Source: Treponemataceae bacterium (GTDB lineage Bacteria > Spirochaetota > Spirochaetia > Treponematales > Rectinemataceae). From it: 64,000 nt of DNA. The notes under the pieces were generated by a model that saw only the letters and a list, made by a program, of their open reading frames with translations, did no database searches and was not told where the DNA came from. The DNA lies in the NCBI GenBank assembly GCA_963667725.2, contig CAXXHO010000005.1, forward strand, positions 1,248,001 through 1,312,000, read 5' to 3'. The position numbers and the translations under genes are program-made. Below, piece by piece: positions 46,072-56,253 of this stretch (position 1 is its first letter; every line of letters starts with the position of its first letter).

Positions 46072-47172
46072 ATGGGAACCGAGGATGTTCGAACGAAGCG
46101 CGCGGCGATAGTCTCGATGCTCCACCCGCGGGGGATTCCCTCTCTCTGGTGTCCGCCCATCACGCACTACGACGCGAGCGGGAAAATCGACTTGGCGAGA
46201 TCCCGGGCCCACCTCGCGAGGATCATTCCTTACGCGCCCTGCCTCCTCATTCCGGGCTCCACCGGCGACGGCTGGGAAATGGGCGAGGCCGAGACGGAAA
46301 CAATGCTCCGCGACCTTCTTCCCATCGTCGGATCCCTGGGCGGCAAGGTTCTGGTCGGAGCCCTTCATCCGAGCGCCTCCGCCGCCAGGCGCGCGATGGA
46401 ATCAAGGATGGACTTGGCTCTCGAGACCGCCGGCTCCAGAATCCGCGCCGAAAGCCTGCTCGGCGATCCGCTGAAATCAGCCGCGGCATGCGCCAAGGCG
46501 GGAATCGCGGGCTTCGCCGTCTGCGCCCCCGCGGGAGTCGATCTGACCCAGGAACAGATAGGCGCCGCTCTCTCCGGTATTCTCGACATGGGGCTGCCCA
46601 CCGCCGTTTACCAGCTTCCCCAGGTGACGAAAAACGAGATAGAACCCGAAACCTTCGCCCTTCTCGTGGCGTACTACCCCAATCTCTATCTTTTCAAGGA
46701 TACGAGCGGACTGGACCATGTGGCCTTGGCCGATATCGAGAGGGGAGGGGTTTTCTTCGCGCGCGGCGCCGAGGGGGACTTCTCGCGCTGGATATCCAGG
46801 TCGGCCAGCCCCGAGGGCGCGGCGGCCGAGCATCGCTATGATGGATTCCTCCTCAGTTCGGCCAACGTTTTCGCGAAAGACTTGGCCGAGATAATCGAGG
46901 CCGCGCGAAACGGCGAGCAGGCCAGGGCCGACTTGATTTCGGGAAAGATCGACCGCGTGGTCGCCGCCGTATTCGCCGAGGCGGCCAAGCTGCCCTTCGG
47001 AAACGCTTTCAGTAACGCCAACCGCGCGTTGGAATGGGCGATGTCCATCGGAGACGGCTCCGTCGAGCTTCCGCCGCCGAGAACGCATTGCGGCGAGAAG
47101 CTTCCCGCTTCCCTGCTTCATTTTGCCGCCGCGGCCTTGGCTTCGGAGGGGATGAAAGCGGTATATTCCTGA
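46072..47172 (+). CDS. Dihydrodipicolinate synthase-like (class I aldolase) family protein
   Basis: PPITHYD..G.ID, PGSTGDGW, YQLPQVT, FKDTSG (Schiff-base Lys). Confidence 0.8.
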   Translation: MGTEDVRTKRAAIVSMLHPRGIPSLWCPPITHYDASGKIDLARSRAHLARIIPYAPCLLIPGSTGDGWEMGEAETETMLRDLLPIVGSLGGKVLVGALHPSASAARRAMESRMDLALETAGSRIRAESLLGDPLKSAAACAKAGIAGFAVCAPAGVDLTQEQIGAALSGILDMGLPTAVYQLPQVTKNEIEPETFALLVAYYPNLYLFKDTSGLDHVALADIERGGVFFARGAEGDFSRWISRSASPEGAAAEHRYDGFLLSSANVFAKDLAEIIEAARNGEQARADLISGKIDRVVAAVFAEAAKLPFGNAFSNANRALEWAMSIGDGSVELPPPRTHCGEKLPASLLHFAAAALASEGMKAVYS

Positions 47173-47174
47173 AC

Positions 47175-48422
47175 ATGAGCAAAAACTGGAAGAAGGACCT
47201 GGCTCTTTTCCTGGGCAGCCAGGCGGTTTCGATTTTCGGATCCATGCTGGTGCAGTACGCCATCATGTGGCACATAACGCTCAGCGCGAATTCGGGATCG
47301 GTTCAGACACTCTACATTGTTTGCGGCATACTGCCCACGTTTTTCATATCGCCCTTTGCCGGAGTCTGGGCGGACCGTCACGATCGCAGAAAGCTCATCA
47401 TGCTCTCCGACTCGATGATCGCGGTCACGACGCTCATCGTCGCCATAATATTCCTGGTAAGCGGGGAGAAAAGTCTTGTCTTGCTCCTGGCGGCTTCGGC
47501 GGTGCGCGCCCTTGGACAGGGAATCCAGACGCCGTCGGTGGGAGCCTTCCTTCCGCAGATCGTGCCCCAGGAACATCTCACCAAGGCCAATGCCTTCGCT
47601 ACGACCATCCAGTCCGTCATCATGCTGGCCTCGCCCCTGCTCAGCGCCGCCCTTCTTTCCTTCGCCTCGATAGAAGCCATCTTTTTCATCGACGTGGCGA
47701 CAGCCCTGGCCGCCGTATCCATCCTCGGATTTTTCCTTAAAACGCCTCCCCACGAACGCGCTACCAGGAAGATCGAACTGAGCTATTTTCACGACCTTCG
47801 CAAGGGATTTTCCTATATCGGCTCGCACGCCTATCTGAAGTTCTTCTTCCTCTACTGCGCGATGTTCTTTTTCTTCGCGGCCCCCATCGCCTTCCTGACG
47901 CCCCTCCAGGTAGCCCGTTCGTTCGGCGGCGACGTCTGGCGCCTCACGGCCATAGAGATAAGCTTTTCGCTCGGGATGATGGGAGGCGGGCTGCTCATGG
48001 GCACCTGGGGCGGGTTCAGGAACAGGGTCCATACCATGGCTTTTTCCAGCTTCCTCATGGGAGCCATGACCCTGGCTCTGGGCCTCGTGCCGGTTTTTTG
48101 GATCTACCTTATATTCATGGGGCTGACCGGCGTTTCCATGCCCATCTTCAATACGCCCGCCTCCGTCCTTCTCCAGGAGAAGGTAGAACCCGATTTCCTG
48201 GGACGGGTCTTTGGCGTCCTGGGCATGATCTCTAGCGTTATGATGCCGATTGGGATGCTTCTCTTCGGGCCAATAGCCGATGTGGTGAGGATTGAATGGC
48301 TGCTTGTGGGCAGCGGCGGCGTGATCGCTCTCCTCGGGCTCTTCCTGATGGGCAACAAAGTATTGGCAAGCCACGGATTGCCCGCGGATCCAGTAGGTCA
48401 GGAACCTTCAGGCCAGGTTTGA
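47175..48422 (+). CDS. MFS transporter (MefA/DHA3-like efflux family)
   Basis: SQAVSIFGS.LVQYAI.W, AGVWADRHDRRK, QEKV...LGRVF. Confidence 0.88.
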   Translation: MSKNWKKDLALFLGSQAVSIFGSMLVQYAIMWHITLSANSGSVQTLYIVCGILPTFFISPFAGVWADRHDRRKLIMLSDSMIAVTTLIVAIIFLVSGEKSLVLLLAASAVRALGQGIQTPSVGAFLPQIVPQEHLTKANAFATTIQSVIMLASPLLSAALLSFASIEAIFFIDVATALAAVSILGFFLKTPPHERATRKIELSYFHDLRKGFSYIGSHAYLKFFFLYCAMFFFFAAPIAFLTPLQVARSFGGDVWRLTAIEISFSLGMMGGGLLMGTWGGFRNRVHTMAFSSFLMGAMTLALGLVPVFWIYLIFMGLTGVSMPIFNTPASVLLQEKVEPDFLGRVFGVLGMISSVMMPIGMLLFGPIADVVRIEWLLVGSGGVIALLGLFLMGNKVLASHGLPADPVGQEPSGQV

Positions 48423-48451
48423 ATAAAAGATAATGTTTGCCGCGCGTCGGC

Positions 48452-49402
48452 TCATTCGCTCATCCGGGCGAGAGTGCCGGAGTCGGCCACCAGGCAGTCC
48501 ATGGCTCTTTTTACGACAAAGCCCTCGGCCAGATAAAGCGCGAGAGCGTTATTGTTGCTCGCGTTCACCGAAAGGCTGGCAGACCGGAAACCTTGGGCCG
48601 CCCCGAAGCGTATCGCGCTCCTGATGAGGACCTTCCCGAGACCCAGGTGCCGGTACGCCCTATCCACCGAAACGGCGCTTATAAAAATCGATCCTTCTTC
48701 ATCGTCGCGTTCGCAGTAGATGGTTCCGCAGGCTTTGCCCTCGGGATCGAGGAGAAGCATGGCGCCTCCTTCCAGGGCTTCGGCGCCGCCAAGCCTTTCC
48801 GCCCAATCCTCCACCCTCGTGTCGCTGGAGCCTGTCACCTCGCGGAAATTGCGGTTCCTCACGAGGACGAAATCGGCCAGGGCGTCCGCGTCATCCCTCC
48901 GCAGGACGGTCAGCGCAAAACCCGGCGGAAGAACCGGCTTGCCGCATTCCATGTCGTCGCGGCGCATGGCGCAGGCCATCCTTTCCATGACAAAACCGGA
49001 CTCAAGCAGGAACTCGCCGAGAAAAGGCAATCCGGAGGGGAGGAAGAGATAAAGGCTTAGGCTTTTTGCCGCGCTGGCGGCCTCGGCCGCCCTGACGGTC
49101 CTGGCCGCTGCGCCGAGGAGCATCCGGTAGGCCTCGCGTCGTTCGGAAAGATCGCTGACCGAAGCGTGGAGCATCGCAATCCTGATTCTGCCCGACGCTA
49201 TCATCGAGGCGCTGAGCATGAGCGATAGGACGGCGACCATGGCGCCCTGCCTGTCCCGGAGGACGAAACTGGGCTGCTCGTGATTGCCCATGAAATCGGC
49301 GCCGGGAACATAGGATTCGTCGTGCTCGCGTCCGTGCCGGGCGCAATATTTCAGGAAACCGGCCTTATTCCCCTGACCAAAGGATTCCAGCTTGAAGTTC
49401 AT
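48452..49402 (-). CDS. GNAT family N-acetyltransferase
   Basis: VDRAYRHLGLG, LSVNASN..AL.LY..EGF. Confidence 0.82.
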   Translation of the reverse strand: MNFKLESFGQGNKAGFLKYCARHGREHDESYVPGADFMGNHEQPSFVLRDRQGAMVAVLSLMLSASMIASGRIRIAMLHASVSDLSERREAYRMLLGAAARTVRAAEAASAAKSLSLYLFLPSGLPFLGEFLLESGFVMERMACAMRRDDMECGKPVLPPGFALTVLRRDDADALADFVLVRNRNFREVTGSSDTRVEDWAERLGGAEALEGGAMLLLDPEGKACGTIYCERDDEEGSIFISAVSVDRAYRHLGLGKVLIRSAIRFGAAQGFRSASLSVNASNNNALALYLAEGFVVKRAMDCLVADSGTLARMSE

Positions 49403-49589
49403 GTCCTGAATAATACCACCGTAATTATTGAAAATGAATGCCGTAACGCTTCAGTACCCTCAGCGCTCGCAGCGTATTCCATTTGCCGCTTCCCCGCTTT
49501 GTCAATCGAAGGATCCCGAGACTTGCCTGTCCGGGATTCCCTCATTAGATTAATCGGATACGATCGACGCTCAGGAGGATTCCGCTATA

Positions 49590-49907
49590 ATGAAGATTAC
49601 GAAAGAAAACTTGATTCGCCGGATGGCCGTGATTGTCGCTTTGCTGGCCGTCGCCTTTCTCTTCAGTTCCTGCTTGCCGGGAGACGGAAAGAATAGCGTG
49701 GAGAAGCCCGCCAACTTCCTGATGGGAATCTGGCATGGATGGATAGCGCCTCTTTCGATGATCGTGGGCATTTTCAACGGCAATATTCGCGTCTATGAAG
49801 TGAACAACAGCGGCTGGTGGTACGATATGGGCTTCTATATGGCCATCATCTCGGGATTCGGCGGGATCGCCCTCTCCAGGAAAGCCAGGAAAGAAAGGCA
49901 CGTCTGA
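49590..49907 (+). CDS. Small membrane lipoprotein, hypothetical
   Basis: Lipobox FSSC; F..GIWHGWIAP and YEVNN.GWWYD.GF; AGGAGG SD. Confidence 0.75.
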   Translation: MKITKENLIRRMAVIVALLAVAFLFSSCLPGDGKNSVEKPANFLMGIWHGWIAPLSMIVGIFNGNIRVYEVNNSGWWYDMGFYMAIISGFGGIALSRKARKERHV

Positions 49908-49920
49908 GTTCGGGGCCGGT

Positions 49921-50595
49921 TTACTCCGCTACGACGACGGACAGATCGACGAATTCCGCGCCGTAGCGCGTTTCGAGAATATGACGCGCGAGATCGAAGG
50001 CGGGAGCCTCGGCTTTCGCGATGATCACGGAGTCGGAGGTGGCTATAGCCCCGCCTTTCCAAGCTGAAACGAAACCGTCGGCGCTTGGGCCCAGGATGAC
50101 TTCGCCGGCGATGCCGCGACGGGCGAGGGTCTTCCGCAGCGCTTCGGCGTGATCCGCGCTGCGGGGTATGGGGGCATCGAGGAAAAACGTCGCCTGGTTG
50201 ACTTCGAGCATGGCAAGATTTCCGCAGAGTTCGTCGATGGCCGCGTAGAATTGGGCGGCATCGGCCACCCGGCCGTGGGCTCCCCCCGCGTCGCGCAGGA
50301 ATCCGTCGGTCGAGATGAAAAGCGGGTGTCCTCGAAGATAATTCGTGATAGTGAAAAGAATATTGTAGCTATCCACCGCGATGCGCGAATCCCGAGGAAC
50401 TGAGGCGGCGCGCCGCAGCGCGTTGGCGAGCGAAAGATTCCCGGGCAGGACTCCCCTGAAAAGAACCATGCGTTCAGCCTTGTCGAGCCTGTAACGATCG
50501 CCCGTGAGCTTGATGCTCGCGTCGACCGGATAGCCTCTGTCCAGAAGCAGTCGATAGTCTCGCGCCGCCTCGCGAAAATCACCGTCGAAATTCAT
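49921..50595 (-). CDS. DUF434 domain protein (PIN-like)
   Basis: LLDRGYP...GDRYRL, VDSYN, DGFLRD, LDAP, ATSDS.II. Confidence 0.75.
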   Translation of the reverse strand: MNFDGDFREAARDYRLLLDRGYPVDASIKLTGDRYRLDKAERMVLFRGVLPGNLSLANALRRAASVPRDSRIAVDSYNILFTITNYLRGHPLFISTDGFLRDAGGAHGRVADAAQFYAAIDELCGNLAMLEVNQATFFLDAPIPRSADHAEALRKTLARRGIAGEVILGPSADGFVSAWKGGAIATSDSVIIAKAEAPAFDLARHILETRYGAEFVDLSVVVAE

Positions 50596-50639
50596 TCATT
50601 CATCCTTCCGCGTGATCGCCGATGCCTTGGGAGGTCTTT

Positions 50640-52352
50640 TTATTCAAGCAACGGCATAGTTTTCTGAAGTTTTTCCTTGAACGCGTCCGAGGAGTTCAGA
50701 GCGATATCCCGCAGTATGGCGCTCTTCACCGTCCGGCCTTGTTCTGTACTGATCTTGGCCTCGTATAGATCCGCGTTCAGGACGATGAAGGAAGGCTGGG
50801 TTTCCCTGGAGTTCCAGGCTTTCCATAGCGGCAATTCTTCCGTCGTACCAAGCCCGTTAGGATTTCCCGTCCGGACGAAGTTGGCCAGATAGGAGCCGAT
50901 CTTCGTCTGAAGGTCCAGTCGGCCCTGGCCGTTGGCCCTGGGAGGAATCGGCAGGGGAAGGACATTCCCGTAGCGGGAATCCGTCTGGAGGAAAAAGGAT
51001 ATTTCGACGGCATGGCCGGCGCCAAGTCGGAGCCCCGCGTATCTCCCCATCACGCTGTCGCCGTTTTGGTCGGGAGCGCCCCAGTCGAAGCGGTAGAGGT
51101 ATACTTTTCTATCCGTGTTCTTGGAGTCAACAGCGTCGGCTATAGAATCGGCGCCTTCGGCCTTCCACACCGCGGTAGTCTTCTCCACCAATTCCTGGTA
51201 ATCAGGGCCTCTCCTGCTTTGCCACTTGTACAGGAGAAAGAGTTTTGTCTCTTCCTTATTGGTCCCGATGATGAGGGGGACATCGGCGCACCAGGCAGGA
51301 TCGGCGAAGGCAGCGAATCCCTTCGATGGGAGCAGCTTGCCATCGAAGATCGGGGAGGGAAGGGAGAGAATGCTTCCGGAATCGGACTTCGAAAGACGAA
51401 GAAGCTCTCCAGGTCTAGCCGTCTTCAGCCATTCCGCCGTTCCCTCCCTGCCCAGAGAAGCCATGAATTCATTGGCTTCCTTTTCGGTAGCGGCTTTTCC
51501 CTGGGAGATCGCGAGCCTGCGCGCGATGTCTTCCGCGAATTCCACGGGATCTATCTGCGGCTGACGCGTATAGCCGCTTTCGGCTATAGCCTTGTGGAAA
51601 AGGCCCCTTGCCTTGGGCGCCATGAGAAGGGTGAGAACATTGAGGGCTCCCGCCGATTCTCCGGCTATCGTCACATTGCCGGGATCTCCGCCGAAGGCCT
51701 CTATGTTGTCGCGTATCCACTCGAGCGAGGCTATGAGATCCAGCGTACCGAAGTTGCCGGAGTCCGTTTCGGGGTCTCCCGTGCGGAGGGCGGGATGGGC
51801 GAACCATCCCAGGATGTCGAGCCTATAGTTAACCGAAACATAGACGAGGTTCGCCTTCGAGGCCAGGGCATGGCCTCTATAGTTGCGGCTGCCGCTGGAG
51901 GATCCCGTCGTATTGGCCCCGCCATGGACCCAAACATAGACGGGGAGCTTCTTTTCCTTGGTGGCCGGTCTCCAGACATTGAGAAAAAGGCAATCCTCCG
52001 AACCGACGGGCAAGTCGGTCAGCAGCGCGCGCTGAACCGCCTTCGATCCGAAATGGCTGGCCTTGCGGATGCCTTGCCAGGGTTGAGGGGGCTGCGGTTT
52101 CTGCCAGCGAAGATCTCCCTCGGGAGGAGCGGCATACGGAATGCCGAGCCAGGAGTAAGTGTTCTCCTTATCCGTCGATCCCTCGAGAGTTCCATACATC
52201 GTCTTGACTATCTGAAAGCCATCCCATTCGCCGGGGACGAAGGTGGAAGACGAAGGGGCGGGGATGCTCGCGCACGATGCCAGGAACAGAAGTATGGGGA
52301 TCGCCAGAAAGGCGGTACCCCTATATAAAACAGTCGATTTTTCCCCTCTCAT
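50640..52352 (-). CDS. Carboxylesterase type B lipoprotein
   Basis: Lipobox LASC; GIPYA.PP, SEDCLFLNVW, HGG, FGGDP.NVTIAGESAG. Confidence 0.92.
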   Translation of the reverse strand: MRGEKSTVLYRGTAFLAIPILLFLASCASIPAPSSSTFVPGEWDGFQIVKTMYGTLEGSTDKENTYSWLGIPYAAPPEGDLRWQKPQPPQPWQGIRKASHFGSKAVQRALLTDLPVGSEDCLFLNVWRPATKEKKLPVYVWVHGGANTTGSSSGSRNYRGHALASKANLVYVSVNYRLDILGWFAHPALRTGDPETDSGNFGTLDLIASLEWIRDNIEAFGGDPGNVTIAGESAGALNVLTLLMAPKARGLFHKAIAESGYTRQPQIDPVEFAEDIARRLAISQGKAATEKEANEFMASLGREGTAEWLKTARPGELLRLSKSDSGSILSLPSPIFDGKLLPSKGFAAFADPAWCADVPLIIGTNKEETKLFLLYKWQSRRGPDYQELVEKTTAVWKAEGADSIADAVDSKNTDRKVYLYRFDWGAPDQNGDSVMGRYAGLRLGAGHAVEISFFLQTDSRYGNVLPLPIPPRANGQGRLDLQTKIGSYLANFVRTGNPNGLGTTEELPLWKAWNSRETQPSFIVLNADLYEAKISTEQGRTVKSAILRDIALNSSDAFKEKLQKTMPLLE

Positions 52353-52544
52353 GCGTATAATGTATCGCTGCTTTCAAGTTTTCACAAAGTTTTGAGAATG
52401 GGCTGTGATTTTTTCCGCGCCGTCGGGCCGAAAGCAAAATACTGTTTCACGGGATAAAATTTCTTGACGCGGGGTACTTCGTCCGATAAAATGAAAATGA
52501 AATTTGCATTCTGAAAGCCTTAGTTTTTCTAAGGAGGAGTAACG

Positions 52545-53519
52545 ATGAAAAAGGCATTGCTGATTCTTGCGGTACTTTTAATTGCCTCGGGAGCGGGAGC
52601 GCAGAACAAGGCCGGCTGGCCCACCCAACTCAAATTCATGGCAGGTCCTCCGGGCGGCAACTGGTTCGCCCTCGGTACGGCTCTCTCCGAAATGTGGAGC
52701 AAGAACGTAATCCAGACGACCTCCTCCACGGGCGGCGGCGTAGGCAACATCGTCAACACCGACCTCAAGAAGGGCGATTTCGGATTCTCCGTTGTCTCCC
52801 TCGTGGGCGCAGCCCTCGCGGGCGAAGAGGATTTCGCCGGCAAGGACGTCAAGAACGCCGTCGTGATGGCCAACCTCTATACGCAGTTCACCTACTACAT
52901 CATCAGGAAAGACTTCGCCGACAAGAACGGCATCAAGAGCGTCGACGACCTCGTCGCCAAGAACATCCCCGTCCGCTTCGCCACACTGAAGCCGGGCACA
53001 GCCTCGGAGTTCGTCATCAAGGCGATGTTCAAAAAGGGATATAAAACCGATTACGAAACACTCAAGAAGAAGGGCTGGAGCTTCGAGTTCACATCCTATG
53101 AGAATGGCGCCGACCTCATGGCCGACAACCATCTCGATGTCTTCGCCTTCTCGGTGGGCAAGGCGGCCGCCATCATCATGAACATCGAAAGCTCGACGCC
53201 GATCTACATCCTTCCGGTAGGGCAGCCCGCCCTCGACGCCCTCGCCAAGGCCTACGGCACCACCACCTTCACGATCGAGCCGGGCATCTACAAGAGCGTG
53301 ACGGCCCCCATCAAGACGATCGGCGACTATAACTGCATCGTCGTCCGTAAAGACCTGCCCGACAGCCTCGTGTACGAGCTGAACAAGGCTATGTGGGCGA
53401 ATAAGGCCAGCCTCGCGGCAGCCGTCTCGGATTTCAACGAACTCACCATCAAGGACGCCCTCCCCGCCGCGCTGCCTACCCACCCGGGTTCGGTTCAGTT
53501 CTGGAAGAGCGCGAAATAG
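52545..53519 (+). CDS. TAXI family TRAP transporter solute-binding subunit
   Basis: Signal peptide; GPPGG.W...G, TGGGVGN, NLY, LP.HPG. Confidence 0.88.
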   Translation: MKKALLILAVLLIASGAGAQNKAGWPTQLKFMAGPPGGNWFALGTALSEMWSKNVIQTTSSTGGGVGNIVNTDLKKGDFGFSVVSLVGAALAGEEDFAGKDVKNAVVMANLYTQFTYYIIRKDFADKNGIKSVDDLVAKNIPVRFATLKPGTASEFVIKAMFKKGYKTDYETLKKKGWSFEFTSYENGADLMADNHLDVFAFSVGKAAAIIMNIESSTPIYILPVGQPALDALAKAYGTTTFTIEPGIYKSVTAPIKTIGDYNCIVVRKDLPDSLVYELNKAMWANKASLAAAVSDFNELTIKDALPAALPTHPGSVQFWKSAK

Positions 53520-53562
53520 TCGCATCACTCGTTTTTCTTCAATAGTACTTTGCGTTTACCCT

Positions 53563-53590
53563 GAGGCCGGGATGATTCCCGGCCTCCTTT
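53563..53590 (+). terminator. Intercistronic hairpin (partial terminator or mRNA stabiliser)
   Basis: GAGGCCGGGA-tgat-TCCCGGCCTC followed by CTTT. Confidence 0.6.
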
Positions 53591-53635
53591 CGTAATTTTT
53601 ATTCTTGCATCAATCCTTGATCCTGGAGATATCCA

Positions 53636-55675
53636 ATGCGGAAACTGGAAGGTTTTGCCAAGAAGGCGATGTACGTCTACATCGTGCTCATCGGGATTTT
53701 TCATATCTACACATCGGTGTTCGGCAATTTTGAGGCCTATCTGCAGCGGTCCCTCCACCTGTCGATGATACTGCCCCTGGCCTTCATCCTCTGGCCCGTA
53801 AGAAAGAAGGGCCCGATGGACAGGATTCCCTGGTACGACGTGGCTCTCGCCCTGCTTTCTTTCGCGCCCGGCGTCTATATCGTGAAGAATTACTGGGCTA
53901 TCACCTCCAGGATGGTCCAGGTCGATGCCGTGACGAACGCCCAGCTCGTCCTCGGCATTCTGCTCATCCTCCTTCTCCTCGAAGCGGCGCGTCGCGTCGT
54001 GGGGCTTCCGATAACCATCATCGCCCTCGTGGCCATCCTCTACATGCTTTTCGGAAAGCATATTCCCGGCCTCTTCCAGGGCATTTCCTTCACCCTGCCC
54101 GAAGTCATCGAACAGTCCTTCCTTACTGACGAAGGCATCTTCTCCTCGCCGCTGGGCGTGTCGGCCACCTATGTGATGGTCTTCCTCATCTTCGGAGGCT
54201 TCCTCGAGAAGACGGGTGTGGGACAGTACTTCATGGACCTGGCCCAGGCCTTCACGGGCACCCAGCCCGGCGGGCCCGCCCTCATCGCGGTGACATCCTC
54301 CTGCCTTTTCGGCTCGATATCGGGCTCGGCCGTGGCGAACGTCTACGGTACGGGCACCTTTACCATTCCGCTTATGAAGAAAATCGGGTATCCGGCATAC
54401 TTCGCGGGCGCCGTCGAGGCCGTAGCCTCCACAGGGGGTCAGATCATGCCGCCCGTCATGGGCGCGGGCGCCTTCCTCATGGCCTCATTCCTCGGCTTGC
54501 CCTACAAGACGATAATGATCGCGGCATTGCTTCCCGCCCTCCTTTATTACGGCGCCGTCTTCCTCATGGTGAAGCTGGCCGCACACAAGAACAACCTGCA
54601 GGGGCTCGCGGCCGAGGATCTTCCCTCCAAACGCAGCGTGGTCAGGAAACTGTATATGATCACCCCCCTCGCCGGCATCGTCTATTTCCTGCTCTCCGGT
54701 TCGACGCCGATGAGGGCGGCCATCATGGGCATAATTCTCGCCTGGGTGACGGCCTTCTTCAATCCGAAGACGGAGGATCCCGGGAAACGGAAAATCTCGT
54801 ACATCGTAGGAACCTTGTCCATCGTCGTCTTCCTCGTCGTGACGGCATTCCCCGGCCTCACCGAAGGCCTTATGAAATCGAAACTGGGGATCGTCCCCAT
54901 CCTGGCGGTATTCCTCACGGCGACCTTCTTCAACGCCGGCATGGGCCTCAAGGATGTAATCGACGCTATCTATGATGGCTCTAAAGGCATACCACTCATC
55001 GCCATAGCCTGCGCCACGGCAGGCATCGTCCTCGGCGCCGTCGCCCTCACCGGCATAGGCGGCAAGCTCGTGGGCTTCGTTCTTTCCTTCTCCAAGGAGC
55101 TGCCGATATTGGCCCTCATCCTCATCATGCTCATCTCCATTTTCCTGGGCATGGGCCTGCCCACGACGGGCGCCTACATACTCGCCTCTGCCCTGGGCGC
55201 TCCCATCCTCGTCAGGATGGGCTTTTCGCCCCTGGCTTCCCACATGTTCGTCTTCTATTTCGCCGTCGTTTCCAACATCACGCCGCCCGTGGCCCTCGCC
55301 TGCTTCGCCGCGGCCTCGATTTCGGGGGCGGGACCCAACAAGATCGGTTTTCAAGCCATGAGGCTGGGTTTTCTCGCTTTCATCGTTCCTTTCGCCTTCT
55401 GCTACGATTCCGGCCTCCTCCTTCAGGGCGGTCTGATCGCCAATCTTTGGGCTATCGCTTCGGGCATCATCGCCATCTTCGCCTTCGGCTTTTTCTGGAT
55501 GGGCTTCATCACGAGAGTGATACCGGTATGGCTGAGGGCAATCCTCCTCGCGGCCGGCGTCTATACCCTTTTCCCCGGCACCCTGCCGGTGGTGCTGAGC
55601 GGAGTGGCGGTTGTCGGGGCTTTTCTGTATTCGAAGCTCCTGCCCGCGAAGCCTAAAATGGGCGCGGCGGCTTGA
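53636..55675 (+). CDS. TRAP transporter 4TM/12TM fused permease
   Basis: GSISGSAVANV..TG.FTIPLMK, EAVASTGGQIMPPVMGA, GMGLPTT, ITPPVALA. Confidence 0.93.
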   Translation: MRKLEGFAKKAMYVYIVLIGIFHIYTSVFGNFEAYLQRSLHLSMILPLAFILWPVRKKGPMDRIPWYDVALALLSFAPGVYIVKNYWAITSRMVQVDAVTNAQLVLGILLILLLLEAARRVVGLPITIIALVAILYMLFGKHIPGLFQGISFTLPEVIEQSFLTDEGIFSSPLGVSATYVMVFLIFGGFLEKTGVGQYFMDLAQAFTGTQPGGPALIAVTSSCLFGSISGSAVANVYGTGTFTIPLMKKIGYPAYFAGAVEAVASTGGQIMPPVMGAGAFLMASFLGLPYKTIMIAALLPALLYYGAVFLMVKLAAHKNNLQGLAAEDLPSKRSVVRKLYMITPLAGIVYFLLSGSTPMRAAIMGIILAWVTAFFNPKTEDPGKRKISYIVGTLSIVVFLVVTAFPGLTEGLMKSKLGIVPILAVFLTATFFNAGMGLKDVIDAIYDGSKGIPLIAIACATAGIVLGAVALTGIGGKLVGFVLSFSKELPILALILIMLISIFLGMGLPTTGAYILASALGAPILVRMGFSPLASHMFVFYFAVVSNITPPVALACFAAASISGAGPNKIGFQAMRLGFLAFIVPFAFCYDSGLLLQGGLIANLWAIASGIIAIFAFGFFWMGFITRVIPVWLRAILLAAGVYTLFPGTLPVVLSGVAVVGAFLYSKLLPAKPKMGAAA

Positions 55676-55689
55676 ACGCCGAGGCCGAT

Positions 55690-56253
55690 ATGGTACGGCG
55701 CTGCCCCTGGTGCGGCGCCGACCCCCTCTATGTGCGCTATCACGACCAGGAGTGGGGAACTCCCCTGCACGACGAGGGCAAGCATTTCGAATTCCTCCTC
55801 CTTGAGACCCAGCAGGCTGGGCTCTCCTGGATAACTATCCTCCGAAAGCGGGAGGCATACAGGAAAGCCTTTGCCGGCTTTGATCCGGAAGTCGTGGCTC
55901 GATTCGGGGACGCCGATGTGGCAAGGCTTTTGGGCGACGCGGGCATCATCCGCAATAGACGGAAAATCGAGGCGAGCGTCAAAAACGCCCGCGCCTTCCT
56001 CGCGATCAGGGAAGAATTCGGCAGTTTCGATGCCTGGCTCTGGCGTTTTGTGGACGGTAAGCCCGAACAGGGAATGCGCCACGTTCTTGCCGACCTGCCC
56101 GCGACGACGCCGCTTTCGGATACGGTGAGCGCCGAGATGAAGAAGCGCGGTTTCGGATTCGTAGGCTCGACGACCATCTATGCCCATCTGCAGGCCGTTG
56201 GCCTCGTCAACGATCATCTGCTGTCCTGTTTCCGCTGGAAGGAACTTCAATGA
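55690..56253 (+). CDS. tag: DNA-3-methyladenine glycosylase I
   Basis: RCPW...Y..YHD.EWG.P, FE.L.LE..QAGLSW.TIL, IIRNR.KI, G.VNDH...C; alternative TTG start at 55672. Confidence 0.95.
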   Translation: MVRRCPWCGADPLYVRYHDQEWGTPLHDEGKHFEFLLLETQQAGLSWITILRKREAYRKAFAGFDPEVVARFGDADVARLLGDAGIIRNRRKIEASVKNARAFLAIREEFGSFDAWLWRFVDGKPEQGMRHVLADLPATTPLSDTVSAEMKKRGFGFVGSTTIYAHLQAVGLVNDHLLSCFRWKELQ

